This document shows, in pieces, positions 40,205 to 51,600 of a stretch of DNA of 64,000 bases. The position numbers and the translations under genes are program-made. The notes below the pieces were generated by a model. The model did not search any database and was not told the DNA's origin. It saw nothing but the letters and a program-made list of their open reading frames with translations. Numbering within the stretch: position 1 is the first letter of the stretch; every line of letters starts with the position of its first letter. Origin of the DNA: a virus; the IMG/VR virus record IMGVR_UViG_3300032516_002690, positions 40,210 to 104,209 of that record; one strand, 5' to 3'.

Positions 40205-43200
40205 TCAAACCACTACAAAGCCCGCCCACGCCACGGTCATTGCGGGAGAAGCGTCTGTCGCGTTCAAATACATGCGCAGCTCGTACACCCTGGCTACGTC
40301 GTGAATCTCATTCAAATCGACACCTGGCGTAGTGACCTTCACCAAAGCTTGATCAACCTTCATCTGTGCTCCGACCGACGCAAATGGAATCGATACAACA
40401 GCTCTACGTACCGGGACAAACACGCCGGTTCCAGGCCCCATGTCGTACAAATATACGCGAGCACTGCTGGCAGCGTCAACTGACGTGTAATTTCCAACTA
40501 AACGCAGTGTGACCGTGCCGGGCACAGCGGTTGGGTCGAAATACATACCACCGCCGGTTACTTCAGTAACCTTAAGGTTGGTGGTTTCTTTCAACGTCAT
40601 TACGAGATTCTGTGCGCTGCTGCTACCGCTACTTACGGCCCACGTAAGGCCGCCCGAGCCGTCATTTTGTAGGAAAGTCGAAGCAGCGCCCTGGGCTGCG
40701 GGCCACGTCATCGCATGCGCTGTTACAACAGCAGGTGCTTTGATTGAAAGCGTATTGCCGTTGTCACCTACGAATTCGAGCCTAGTGGCCCTGTTACTAA
40801 CAGGTACCCTTTGTAGAACTACAGCGCTATCGTTAGCTGCGTTTGATCCGCGCCCACCTGTCAACCAGATGGGTTTTGCCACGCCTGTAATAAACGGAGC
40901 ACCGTTGATGAATACCGTACCCGGTCCAGCCCCACCAGACCCCGCTTCAATGGTGACGTGCCCGCCAGTACCCGTGGCATTAAAATTAGACCCGCCACCT
41001 AGAATAACAGAGCCTCCTGGTGTAGCTGCGCTGAGTGCGTAGCCCCCGGTCAATGTCAGCGTACCGCCGCCCGCCGCACTGGAGCCCCCCGCTTGTACGG
41101 TAACATCACGGCCTGTGCCTGTAGCCTCGTCAGCCGTGAATATAGCAGCTGTACCTGAGGTGATCGTACCTGTTGGTGTAATACGGAAACCACTATTGTT
41201 TAACGCTGATCCGTCTACGCCGTTCCATGTCGGAATGGCTTTGTCAGTACTTCCACCGACTCCAGGTCCTGACACATCAGCGGCTCCGCCTCCGGTCCAG
41301 GTCAGGTTACCCGATCCATCGTTACGCAAGAAGGTGGCGGCGGCACCCTGTGTGCCTGGGAGGACTAGTGCGTAAGACGCCGTGACCGTTACAGGTGCTT
41401 TTAGTGAAATCGTGCTTCCGTTGTCGCCTGTAAACCGAAGACGCGCTGCTCGGTTGCTGCCCCCTTCACGCGGTATACTAATAACGCCGTCGTTAGCTGC
41501 GCTGCTTCCGCTTCCGACGCGCAGTATGATGTCACCGGCTACAGTCCCGCCGATTGCTATGTCAGCCCCGAATATCGTAACAGATCCGGGGGCGCCGGTA
41601 GTTAAAGGTGTACCCCCGCCTATTGTAACGTTGCCGCCCGGGTTGGTCGCGGTTACCGCATTACCTCCGCCTATTGTAACGTTACCAGCTATGTTACCAG
41701 CACTAAGGCCGCCGTCGCCGCCGTAGAGATCTAGATGGCCACCCCTGCCATTCCCACCACCTATTCCGCCCTTTACAGAAGTATCACCTGCGGAACCAAG
41801 GGCCGTACCCCCTACACCGCCGACAATGTATACCGGCCCGCCGTTAAAGTTACTTCCAGGAATACCTCCTCGTAGGTGGAGGCCACCGCCACTTTGCGTA
41901 CCTTCACCTGCGTATAGCCGTAGGTCGAACCCCGTTAATGCTGCTATAGAGGGAGTAATCGTCTGCGCCGAAAGGGTAATATTTGTATCAAATAGGAACG
42001 CGCCTCCAGCACCGTTCCACGTAGCAATAGCGTTATTTGTCGAAGTACCTGGACCCGTTATACCCGTGGACCCCGGAATATTTAGCGTTGCTGTGGCTCC
42101 TGAGCCGGATATCGTCGCTCCCGTACCCGTGACATTTAGAATAGAGACGGTCGTGGATTGTGTAGCGCCTTCATCTTGAGTAGTTAGGGTCCCAGCTCCA
42201 GCGGTTGCCCAAGAAAGAACTCCAGAACCGTTGTTCTGCAGCAACGATGAGACTGCTCCCTGTGCCGTAGGCCATGTCAGGGCGTACGTTGTAACTGCTG
42301 CGGGTGCTTTAATTGAGACAAAATTGCCGTCATCACCGACAAACTGAAGGCGTGTGGCTCTATTATCTGTTGTTGTCCGCAATAGTCGAACGTAACCGTC
42401 ATCTACCAAAGTAGACCCGCGTCCCCCGCGTAGAAGTACGTTTCCACCAATCCCGCCCGACACTTGGCTTGCGCCCTGGATCGTAACTGAACCAGGCGTT
42501 CCTGTTGTTCCCGGGTTACCTCCGGTGATACTAACCGCACCGCCGTCGCCTCCAGAAGCACCCCCGGTACCTCCGGTTACCGTAGCCTGTCCGCCCGCTG
42601 AAGCGCTTGAGCCTGGGCCACCAGATAACTCAGCACCGCCTCCGCCGGAGACATTGCCCGCCCCTCCAATTAACTTAGCGAAGCCGCCGCTGGAGCCGTT
42701 TCCAGTACCTCCCTGGATAGTAACCGATCCCCCAAAGCTTGTATTACCGCCGGTACCTGCGAGTACACTTATACTACCACCCGTTACGCTGCTACCAAAA
42801 GAGTTACCCGCCTGTAGCGTTAACGCACCGCCTAAACCTGACCCTGAGCTATGGGCGCCCCCCGCTTGGATCAGGAAAGCTCCGCCGTTCCCCGTTCCAA
42901 TTGCGCCGATACCCGAGTAAAGGCTTACAGCGCCGCCATTACCAACAGCTCCACCCGCGGTGCTTGCGTTACCTGCGGTGAACCCCAACGGGCCGCCTGA
43001 GTGGGTGCCTGTACCGGTTGCCGCACCTGCGGTTATACCAACACCCCCGCCATTCCCAGACGCACCAGCGTCGCCGGCTGTCAGTGTTATAGCACCACCA
43101 TGACCGAAACTACCCGCTCCGGGCCCGCCTAGGAGGGTGACACCTCCGCCTAATCCTCCGCCTCCGGCTGCACCTGCCTGCAGCAGGACAGAACCTCCGT

Positions 43201-45817
43201 TATTGGTTATCGAACCGCCTGTTCCGGCTACAAAGCGGATTTCACCGCCTACACCGTTAGGCCCTCCAATGCCCGCTAATCCGACTACGCCGCCACCGGC
43301 ACCACCGAAAAAGCCTGCGCCGGTAATAAAGCGAACACTTCCGCCGTCCCCTGCAATAGATGCCGCGGCGCCACCCGTAAGTACAACAGCCCCACCCGCA
43401 CCGGACGTTGCGTCACCGGCTGTTATATTTATGGGCGCACCTACTACGGCCGTAGGCGTTGAAAGGGTCTGACCTGAAATAGTAAGGTTGTTGTTAAACA
43501 ACGCGGTACCGCCGGTACCATTCCAGGTGGCAATGCCGAGATTTAAAGAGGTGCCTGGCCCTGTAACACCGCCACCTCCACCCGCGGCCCACGACAACAC
43601 GCCAGAACCGTTATTTTGCAGAAATGTCGATGCAGCACCCTGCGCAGTCGGCAATGTGAGCGCATAGCTTGTAACTGCGGCAGGCGCCTTTATTGAGACC
43701 GTAGTTGCATCATCTGCGACAAATACCAACCGTGTAGCTCTGTTGTCCGTAACAGTACGTGCGATCTGCACTGCGCCGTCATTGGCGAGCGTGGAACCCC
43801 GGCCACCACGTAAAAATACGTCTGAGCCTACCGTGCCGCCTGTGCCAAACGCGGCACCCGAAATAGTAACGGACCCAGGCAGGCCTGTCGTAGCCGGCGC
43901 ACCCCCGGTTATGGTAACAGGGCCACCGATCTGTGCTGCACCTGCTCCAGCGCCGCCTACAAGTGTAAGCCCGCCACCCCCACCTGCGGTCTGCGCATTT
44001 CCACCGCGGACCGTCGCGGTGCCGCCTGCGCCTGACGTAACTCCGCCGTCACCTCCTGCAAAGGACGCAGGTCCGCCGCTACCTGTACCACCACCCGTGC
44101 CGCCGAAGAAAGTAGATGCCCCGCCGACACTGGAACCGGTACCTGAACCACCCAGAATAAGAGCAGAACCTCCGGAAACGGCGCCTTGCGCGTCTGCCCC
44201 GCGCACGAGCACACCCCCAGGAATACCTGTTCCCGTAGAGTTTCCACCCATAACGTTTACGGTGGCGCCGTTTTGGTTAGTCCCCAACGCCGCGCCACCC
44301 GTGAGGTTAAGCGCACCGCCTGGACCTGTACTCGTCGAATTTCCGCCGCGTACTGTTAGTATACCGCCTGTAGCCGCAGCAGTCCCTGCGAGTAGTACCG
44401 TGCCGGACGACGCACTGCTGTCCTGCAGAGCCGACGAACTCGACCATGTAGGTACGGTATTTGCGGTGCCGGTACCTGAAATACCTCCGCCACCGCCAGC
44501 AGCCCACGACAGCCCGCCAGAACCGTCATTCTGAAGAACTGTCGAAACTCCGCCTTGCGCTGTAGGGAGTACGAGTGCGTAGTTTACGTTTATAGTCGCG
44601 GGGGCTTTAATCGAAACCGTGCCCGCATTGTCCGCTTGAAATTGTAAGCGAGACGCTCGCGCGCTCTGTATGCGCGCAATTTGCACAACACCGTCTGTAG
44701 CGGAGCCGCTGCCCGCACCTCCCAATAACGCAACGTTTGAACCTGTCGCCGACACGTTATCGGCACCGGAAACAGTTACCAAGCCCGGTAGTCCCGTACC
44801 GGTTGGCGCGCCCCCTGTGATAGTTACGGGGCCACCGGCCATGTTGGTGCCCGCGGCATTACCACCCGTGAGGTTAGCGCCACCGCCTATGCCGCTCGTT
44901 GTGGCATTTCCGCCCTTGACCAATGCAAGGCCGCCGGGGCCCGATGTAAAACCACCATTACCTGCTTGAAACGTAGCGCTTCCGCCCGTCCCGTTTACGT
45001 TACCGCCGTAACCCGCACCGATTAAAACGTAGCCGCCTGATAGTCCAGTGCCGCTGCTGCTACCGGCACTGAAAATTGCGTTACCTCCGAAGCCGAAGCC
45101 GCCTGCATTGCTTGCGGCAAAGTCAAGCGACCCTGCATCTCCCGACGCGCCGCCACCTAAGCCGGAGCGAAGATATACGTCACCCCCAGCGCCAATACCC
45201 GCGCTGCTGGCGTTACCTGCAACGAGGTATAGTACCCCGCCGCTACCGTCGGCCGAGCCGCCAGCCGCAGCTTCGATAAAAATATGGGCGCCTGGACCTG
45301 TAGCGCCTGAGATACCCCCCGAAATGTCGACGTTACCGCCCTGGTTAGCCCCAAACCCAGGGCCGCCTATAAAAGTAAGATTTCCGCCCGCGTTAGCCGT
45401 TGCGGTACCGCCAGTAATACTGATAGCCAAGCCAGTAGCTGCGGTGTCAGCCGTCAAAGTCAGCGCGGTAGACGCGGTGATTGTACCCGCGGGGTTAATA
45501 CGTAACCCGCTATTATTAAGAGCGGTACCACCAGTACCATTCCAGGTCGGAATGGCTAAATTTGTCGAGCTACCGGGACCTGTGAGACTGCCTGAACTAT
45601 CAAGTGCCCAGTCACCGTTGGTTAGCCCCGGCCCTAATTTCCACCGCTGTGACGTTGCTTGGGTGTATACAAGCATGCCATCTTTGCGGGACGTAGCCGC
45701 TATTGCGTCGCGCGCAGTAACGTTTACAACAACTTGATAGCCCCCTTTCAGGTAGTTATCATCGAGTAGTGGGAACGCTCCAAGAGGCGCGAGGTCGTTC
45801 GTAAGGCCGATACTCAT
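40205..45817 (-). CDS. long glycine-rich fibre protein with five repeated modules
   Basis: 1870 aa; five RLxF.xD..S(I/L)KAP..P..QG...L.N.GSG.L(S/T)W modules separated by Gly-rich repeats. Confidence 0.75.
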   Translation of the reverse strand: MSIGLTNDLAPLGAFPLLDDNYLKGGYQVVVNVTARDAIAATSRKDGMLVYTQATSQRWKLGPGLTNGDWALDSSGSLTGPGSSTNLAIPTWNGTGGTALNNSGLRINPAGTITASTALTLTADTAATGLAISITGGTATANAGGNLTFIGGPGFGANQGGNVDISGGISGATGPGAHIFIEAAAGGSADGSGGVLYLVAGNASSAGIGAGGDVYLRSGLGGGASGDAGSLDFAASNAGGFGFGGNAIFSAGSSSGTGLSGGYVLIGAGYGGNVNGTGGSATFQAGNGGFTSGPGGLALVKGGNATTSGIGGGANLTGGNAAGTNMAGGPVTITGGAPTGTGLPGLVTVSGADNVSATGSNVALLGGAGSGSATDGVVQIARIQSARASRLQFQADNAGTVSIKAPATINVNYALVLPTAQGGVSTVLQNDGSGGLSWAAGGGGGISGTGTANTVPTWSSSSALQDSSASSGTVLLAGTAAATGGILTVRGGNSTSTGPGGALNLTGGAALGTNQNGATVNVMGGNSTGTGIPGGVLVRGADAQGAVSGGSALILGGSGTGSSVGGASTFFGGTGGGTGSGGPASFAGGDGGVTSGAGGTATVRGGNAQTAGGGGGLTLVGGAGAGAAQIGGPVTITGGAPATTGLPGSVTISGAAFGTGGTVGSDVFLRGGRGSTLANDGAVQIARTVTDNRATRLVFVADDATTVSIKAPAAVTSYALTLPTAQGAASTFLQNNGSGVLSWAAGGGGGVTGPGTSLNLGIATWNGTGGTALFNNNLTISGQTLSTPTAVVGAPINITAGDATSGAGGAVVLTGGAAASIAGDGGSVRFITGAGFFGGAGGGVVGLAGIGGPNGVGGEIRFVAGTGGSITNNGGSVLLQAGAAGGGGLGGGVTLLGGPGAGSFGHGGAITLTAGDAGASGNGGGVGITAGAATGTGTHSGGPLGFTAGNASTAGGAVGNGGAVSLYSGIGAIGTGNGGAFLIQAGGAHSSGSGLGGALTLQAGNSFGSSVTGGSISVLAGTGGNTSFGGSVTIQGGTGNGSSGGFAKLIGGAGNVSGGGGAELSGGPGSSASAGGQATVTGGTGGASGGDGGAVSITGGNPGTTGTPGSVTIQGASQVSGGIGGNVLLRGGRGSTLVDDGYVRLLRTTTDNRATRLQFVGDDGNFVSIKAPAAVTTYALTWPTAQGAVSSLLQNNGSGVLSWATAGAGTLTTQDEGATQSTTVSILNVTGTGATISGSGATATLNIPGSTGITGPGTSTNNAIATWNGAGGAFLFDTNITLSAQTITPSIAALTGFDLRLYAGEGTQSGGGLHLRGGIPGSNFNGGPVYIVGGVGGTALGSAGDTSVKGGIGGGNGRGGHLDLYGGDGGLSAGNIAGNVTIGGGNAVTATNPGGNVTIGGGTPLTTGAPGSVTIFGADIAIGGTVAGDIILRVGSGSSAANDGVISIPREGGSNRAARLRFTGDNGSTISLKAPVTVTASYALVLPGTQGAAATFLRNDGSGNLTWTGGGAADVSGPGVGGSTDKAIPTWNGVDGSALNNSGFRITPTGTITSGTAAIFTADEATGTGRDVTVQAGGSSAAGGGTLTLTGGYALSAATPGGSVILGGGSNFNATGTGGHVTIEAGSGGAGPGTVFINGAPFITGVAKPIWLTGGRGSNAANDSAVVLQRVPVSNRATRLEFVGDNGNTLSIKAPAVVTAHAMTWPAAQGAASTFLQNDGSGGLTWAVSSGSSSAQNLVMTLKETTNLKVTEVTGGGMYFDPTAVPGTVTLRLVGNYTSVDAASSARVYLYDMGPGTGVFVPVRRAVVSIPFASVGAQMKVDQALVKVTTPGVDLNEIHDVARVYELRMYLNATDASPAMTVAWAGFVVV

Positions 45818-45818
45818 G

Positions 45819-47162
45819 TCACGTTACTCCAAAAGCGAGACTGGTACCCGTCAGCAGGTTGGTGCTCTCGTAGACGTAGTACGTAGAGGTTAATCCGTTG
45901 ACATTTGTCAGTCCCAATTCGAATGCTGTATTAAACGCAGCTGGAAATCCATTAAGCGTAAATGTGGCGACTCCGTACGCTTTAGGAAAAGCGTAATAGA
46001 CCTTCTCATTAGCCGGCGATACCGTAATGGTACGTGTTCTTCCGGTTGCTAAAGCATTGGATGCCAGGCCTTCAATGGCGGCTTCCGTGTTCAAACCGGC
46101 AACGCCGACTCCAAAATAGACATCGCGTGTCCAGGTAATAACAACAGTAGCCACCGCCGCAGCTGTGCCGGTCGCGTTGAGTTGAATTGTCCAGGTAGGA
46201 TCCGCGCCTAGATCTGTGCCATCACGCTTTACGTTTGTGGGCTGTGTGCCGGTCGCAAAGGGCGAGCTAAATGTCCACGCGGTAGGGTTTACGTCTCCGC
46301 CACCAACGCTTCCGGCTAGAATATTCGCGAGGGTACCTGCGGTAGGCGGCCCTGCTATATACGTAGCGGATACCGTGATGCCCGTCAGCGTAGATCCGCG
46401 CCGATACAGCACCGTGCCAGGATTAGGCGTTGCTTTAGTAAAACTCGCGATTGAAAAGCCTGGACCAATCTCGTCTTGGTTTAGCGTGCGCCAGGCGCCT
46501 CCCGCGGATAGGTACTTGTGAAGCGCAAAATCACCCGCCATGGGTGCAGGCACGGAACCTTGCACGCCTCCAGCACCTGAGTCGCCTACAAAAGGAACGC
46601 CTGCTACCGTAGGTATTAAAGTGGCGTCGAATTTGCCGGTGGCGGTATTGAGTTTGGCCAGAGGTGCGGTGCCGGGACCGGGAGACGTGACTACTGCACC
46701 TTGTACAGCAGCGACGATTGTTTCTATTTCCTCGTAAACAAGGTCTTCGTCAGTAGCCCAACCGCGGGTATTTACGTTGCTTGGAAAACCCAGCCCGGTA
46801 TATACCAGGTTGTCTTCGTCGATCTCACCTGCAGCTTTGTACCGCCAGACTGCTCCGGTGCTTAAAACCGCGCAGAATGAGCGTGCAGTATCTGTCACAA
46901 ACGGAGAGCCGTTTACGGTCAGACTAACTAGATACGTGCCTTTAACATCTGGCGTGAATGAAAAAGAAGCCCCTACGCCCGTAGAACCGCGCACTAGTGC
47001 CGAACGGATAGGTACATCCACGAGCGTCCACAGATAGGACGTCTCTACCGTGAAGTTTGTGCAAACAACCACGGTGAGTGGGCTGATTACGAAATCTTTT
47101 CGAGCCTTGCCTGCTACGCCTGCCGGAGTACCCGATTGGTTGAAAATGATAGAGGCGGGCAT
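45819..47162 (-). CDS. structural protein with PKD/Ig-like N-terminus
   Basis: 447 aa; SYLWTL..FTPDVKGTYLVSLTVN. Confidence 0.6.
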   Translation of the reverse strand: MPASIIFNQSGTPAGVAGKARKDFVISPLTVVVCTNFTVETSYLWTLVDVPIRSALVRGSTGVGASFSFTPDVKGTYLVSLTVNGSPFVTDTARSFCAVLSTGAVWRYKAAGEIDEDNLVYTGLGFPSNVNTRGWATDEDLVYEEIETIVAAVQGAVVTSPGPGTAPLAKLNTATGKFDATLIPTVAGVPFVGDSGAGGVQGSVPAPMAGDFALHKYLSAGGAWRTLNQDEIGPGFSIASFTKATPNPGTVLYRRGSTLTGITVSATYIAGPPTAGTLANILAGSVGGGDVNPTAWTFSSPFATGTQPTNVKRDGTDLGADPTWTIQLNATGTAAAVATVVITWTRDVYFGVGVAGLNTEAAIEGLASNALATGRTRTITVSPANEKVYYAFPKAYGVATFTLNGFPAAFNTAFELGLTNVNGLTSTYYVYESTNLLTGTSLAFGVT

Positions 47163-47170
47163 AGGTAGTC

Positions 47171-48361
47171 CTATTGTAGCTTATAGATGGCGCGGGCGCC
47201 GCGAGTCCGACCGTGCTTTGCTTTGACCAATTTATTTGGATCTACGTCAGTAAGCGGGCCCATTACGTTGGTCGTGCCCGCAGCACCGTCGTTGGTCGAT
47301 GATTGCGGATTCGTAGCGGTCGTGCCGGTGCCTTGGGTCTGTTCAGCAACACGGTCAGTTCCTGCTTTTACTGCGGTATCGCTGAGTTCTCGTGAATCAA
47401 TCTCTGCCGTCTCCGACGCTGCGTTTGCTGCTTGATACGAAGCTTCGATTTGCGTGTCTGTCAAGCCTAGTTGACGCAGTGTTCGGCGGTTGAGTAATTC
47501 CCGCGCTGCGTTGGCCTTGATACGATCGCTGGACGCCGCGGGCCCGACAGTAGCGGTGGGCGGTGACTCTGACGTAGTGACGCCTGTACGCTGAATAAGT
47601 GTGCTGGCGAGACTATCGTCACTCTGTTTAATCGCAGATTCAGAGACTGCGGCGGTCTCTAGAATAGTCGGCGACCCCAGCGCAGGAGTAATCACGGTCA
47701 TGCGCTTTACACGCATCGTGAATGAGAACTGCGACGCCGTATGCTCCGTCTCCCCCATGAGACCTAGTGACAGGGTCTCCATGTAGCCCGAGACAATAAA
47801 GCTGTCGTAGCGCAGCTTCATGATTAAATTACGCGATGCGAGTTTTGTGCCGCGCAAGATCTCTCTATAGAGACGAAGCATCCATACACGTTGGTCGTCC
47901 TGATACGTATTGAGCAAGACACCCGAATATTGAAACAGTGGCGGCTCCTGGCCCGAATAGAAGGCCACGTAGTTGTCCGTCAAGGTGTCCGCGATCTGTG
48001 CTTTCTCTTGAAAGTTTTCGTTTGCATTTGTCAGCAAAAAGTCTACAAAGCCGGTACCTCCTCCGCCTCCCGTGCCGGTGGCCGACACAAGCACGTCAGC
48101 CAGGGGGCGTGCGGCTGCCGACACAGTCTTCTTAAAGTCCGCTATAGCTTTGTTATTAGGCAACTCAATAAACATGCGCGCCATACTCTCTGAGTATTCA
48201 GCGTCGCGCGGACCTCTATTAATTGCGTATTTAGCAGTTGATCCTGGATTTACGCCGAATACACCTAGACGCGTAGCAGGCGCAGGCACGGTTTCCGTAG
48301 CTCCAAACGTACGGAAAATCTGTCCCTTTGCGCCGCCAGTGAGTATTCCAGGAGTTGCCAT
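47171..48361 (-). CDS. tail protein, probable tube initiator/hub component
   Basis: 396 aa; immediately downstream of the tape measure region. Confidence 0.5.
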   Translation of the reverse strand: MATPGILTGGAKGQIFRTFGATETVPAPATRLGVFGVNPGSTAKYAINRGPRDAEYSESMARMFIELPNNKAIADFKKTVSAAARPLADVLVSATGTGGGGGTGFVDFLLTNANENFQEKAQIADTLTDNYVAFYSGQEPPLFQYSGVLLNTYQDDQRVWMLRLYREILRGTKLASRNLIMKLRYDSFIVSGYMETLSLGLMGETEHTASQFSFTMRVKRMTVITPALGSPTILETAAVSESAIKQSDDSLASTLIQRTGVTTSESPPTATVGPAASSDRIKANAARELLNRRTLRQLGLTDTQIEASYQAANAASETAEIDSRELSDTAVKAGTDRVAEQTQGTGTTATNPQSSTNDGAAGTTNVMGPLTDVDPNKLVKAKHGRTRGARAIYKLQ

Positions 48362-48375
48362 GGCTTTCTACTTTC

Positions 48376-48615
48376 CTACAGAACCGTGATAATGTTTACG
48401 GTATTTTCACGGCCCTGAGTCGCGGATTCATCGGGAGCCACAAAACCGTCTGTAATAGGTAACTCGCCTGTTTCATGCGTAAGCATATATGCGTATTGAT
48501 ATAAACTTGGCATAATGACAAACGCAGAGCGCCCTGCTAGCGCGTTATCGATCAAATTACTGTTGATCAAACGAATATGGTCGATGGCGTTTGGAAAGAG
48601 AATATGGTCTGCCAT
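48376..48615 (-). CDS. hypothetical protein
   Basis: 79 aa; AGGAG RBS. Confidence 0.55.
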   Translation of the reverse strand: MADHILFPNAIDHIRLINSNLIDNALAGRSAFVIMPSLYQYAYMLTHETGELPITDGFVAPDESATQGRENTVNIITVL

Positions 48616-48624
48616 GGGTGACTC

Positions 48625-51600
48625 CTACTGTGTTAGGCGCAGTGTTTCACGTAAATCACCGCGGTCGCCGGTATGAGCTAGACTACTCGCGGCTTCGAGT
48701 AATTTTGCGGACGCTGCATCTAAGTTACTAGCCGCTGCACCGAGACCCTCACCGCCAGCTGCTCCAGCAGCGGCTCTTTCTTGCATATCTTCGAGTTCAG
48801 ATATTCCTTCCTCGACGAAATCACCCAGACCTAACTTGTCGGCTATTCGAACTAGGCCGCCTTCGAATGTACCTGATGCTCGGCCTTCACGCCGTTTCTG
48901 GATTTTACGATCTACGTCAGCGGGGGTCAGCGCACCTTCGCGAATTTGCTTAACCAGAGATTCGCTAGCACCATCCAGCTCACCGCCGCTATCCAGATGT
49001 TTTTTAAGACCGCGTACGCCGTCTTTTGCAAAGATAGCAGCGCCTTCTACGCCAAGGACGTTCTTACGCGCCTGTAGTTGCTCTTCATTCAAAACGTCCT
49101 CTGTTGATTTGGCGTAGCTTCCTACAGTTTTAGCAATTAGATCGCGTCCGCCCTTTTTGTAAAGGGCGCTAAACTTATCGCCTACCGATTTTTTATCGGA
49201 TTCATCCATGCCAGCAATAATTTTACGTACACCGCTCTCAGCGCCAGCACGTTGTTCGTCGGTGTAGCGCTTGTCCCTACGCAATTGTGTACGGAGAGTA
49301 TCTGCTCCCTCTCTGTTGCCTGCAGCATCCATAGTTGCGGCAGCCAGGAATTGCTGTTGCAGCGCGTTGTCTTCTTTGGAAAATACACCTAGTACGTCAC
49401 GTTGCGACTCGGTGTTACCAAAGAAGCCTGTATCCATTCCTAGCAAACCGATAATAGTTTCACGTTTAAACTCGGCCCTATTGGCGTGCTGTTGCCGATC
49501 CCCCGCTTGTTGATTGGCAGCTATGGCAGCTCCGCCTTTAGCTATTTTATCGAGCACTGTTTTCTCAGCCGCTCCGGCAGAGTTCCCTACTGTACGTATA
49601 ACTTCAGAACGCATTTCTTTGGCTAATGCTGCTCTTTTTCCGGCGTCTAATCCCGGTACACTGCCGATGGCTGCGTGTATAGTGCGGTCAATTTCATCAC
49701 CGGTTGTACGCCCAGTAACGTAAGTACCGCCCCAGCCTAAAGTGGTGGTTTTATCCTTCAAAAGAGCACTAACAGCTGCGCTCGCTTTTCCAACAGCGTT
49801 AGCTATGTCTTTATCTTTTAATCCGTACTTATCGGTGATCCGATTTAATTCACGCGTGTCGTTGGGAGTGGCGAGGCCTTGTTCAACTTGCCGGCCAAGC
49901 AACTTTCTGTTTTCTTGACGGCGTTCAAGCTGGCCCATTGTGAGCTTATCATTAAGGCCAAATGTCGTGCCTAACGTACCGTTACGCCAGCGCGTACCAA
50001 AATCCTCGCTCTCCATCAGAGTTTCAGCTGCAGATTCTCCGCCGCGTCCTATATTGGTTAAGCCAACGGTACCGTCAGGTCCGATAAAGTTGCGTGACAT
50101 TATCCCAGCCGCTACTTCAAAGGGGTTAGCGCTCCGCATCTGTTCCGCTTCTTCAAGATATCTTCGATTCTCTTGACGGAGCCTATTACCAGGACGTTGC
50201 GTCCGCTGCGCATACCTATTCACTTGTTCATTGAATTCTCTAGCACCCTTATCGGACGTCAAGCGCTTCGCTAGGCCTGTCTGTTCTTCAGCACTAGTCA
50301 GCTGCCCAGGGCGTACAGCGCGTAATAATCTCCCGCCACCCGATGCTATTTGCTGTTCTTCTAAATCAGCGTCTTCTGCCTCGGCACGCAGCCAATTATC
50401 CGCAGCATTTCCCATGAACCGTGTGCTTCTACGCAATCCTGCTCCAGACAGGTTGCCTGAGAAAGGGAGTACTAGTCGCGCTGTGCCAACAGCGGCATCT
50501 GCAAGCCCGCGTGAAAACCTAGCGGACCCAACATCGTCTGCTGCATCGGCCAAGCTCTGACTGCGGACGCTGCGTATTTTTTGCTGTTCAATGGCTAACG
50601 TGCGCTGTTGCTGGCGTATGCTCTTATAAAAATCAGGCGATTCAAATGTAAGCTGAATGGTCTCAGCTTGTTTCTCATCAAGCCCGATGCCGCGTAAACC
50701 CGCACCCAAATCCTTAATGCCCGTCTGCGACATAAAGCGCTTTGCCAGTAATACAGGCATGAGTATTGCGCCCATCGGACCCATTTTATTCATGAGCTCG
50801 TCTTGCAACGCGCCCTTGCGATGCGAGTATTCTTCGATGAATTGACGATCTACTCGGGACGCGCTACCGCGTACCAATTCGTCTATACCGCCTGGTCGGG
50901 TTAATTTACCCATTGCGTCTTCGTCTACTGTCAATTTGCCGTCTTTTCCTCGCTTGAGCATTCCCGGCAAAATGGCAGTAATTTGTGACATCTGCGCGGC
51001 GGCACCTGTCAGAGTTTGTGCAACACCTTCGCGTCCACCTAATAGATTTAATGTACGGGGGTCTAGAATAGTACCCATTGTACCGGCGGCACCTGCAGCA
51101 GCCATACCGACACCCATACCCGTTGCGCCTGACATTCCATACTGCTGAAACATCCCCGCGCCTTGCATACCCGCCTGCATAACACCCTGCACAGTAGTGC
51201 CTGCCATACGTGCATAGGTGCGTGCATTTGCAGCAGCGACATTTGTCTCAGGGATGCTCATGCCCAGCTGCCGCATATTGCCCATCATCTGCAGGGCTTT
51301 GCGAACGTCGGGTTCTTCGACGACCTTCATAAAGGTAGAAAGCGCACGACCTATTTTACCCATATCACGCGATATTTGATCTACACTTTGAGAGCCATCG
51401 AGCAGTCCGACTTGCGACGAGATATCTGTCAATTTCATCATGTCTTGGCGATTAAACATGCCGCCAGTGTCACGCTTAAAATTGCGATTATCCACAGTGC
51501 GCATCAAGTTGCGCTCTAAATCCATCGACGCAGTGAGTGACAAGCCCATACCCGACGCGCTTAAATCAGAGCCGCGTCGAACATTGTTCATGGACATGTT

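Noticed and set aside
40509-45737. Long Pro-rich + strand ORFs
   Set aside because: Antisense shadows of Gly codons in the - strand fibre gene
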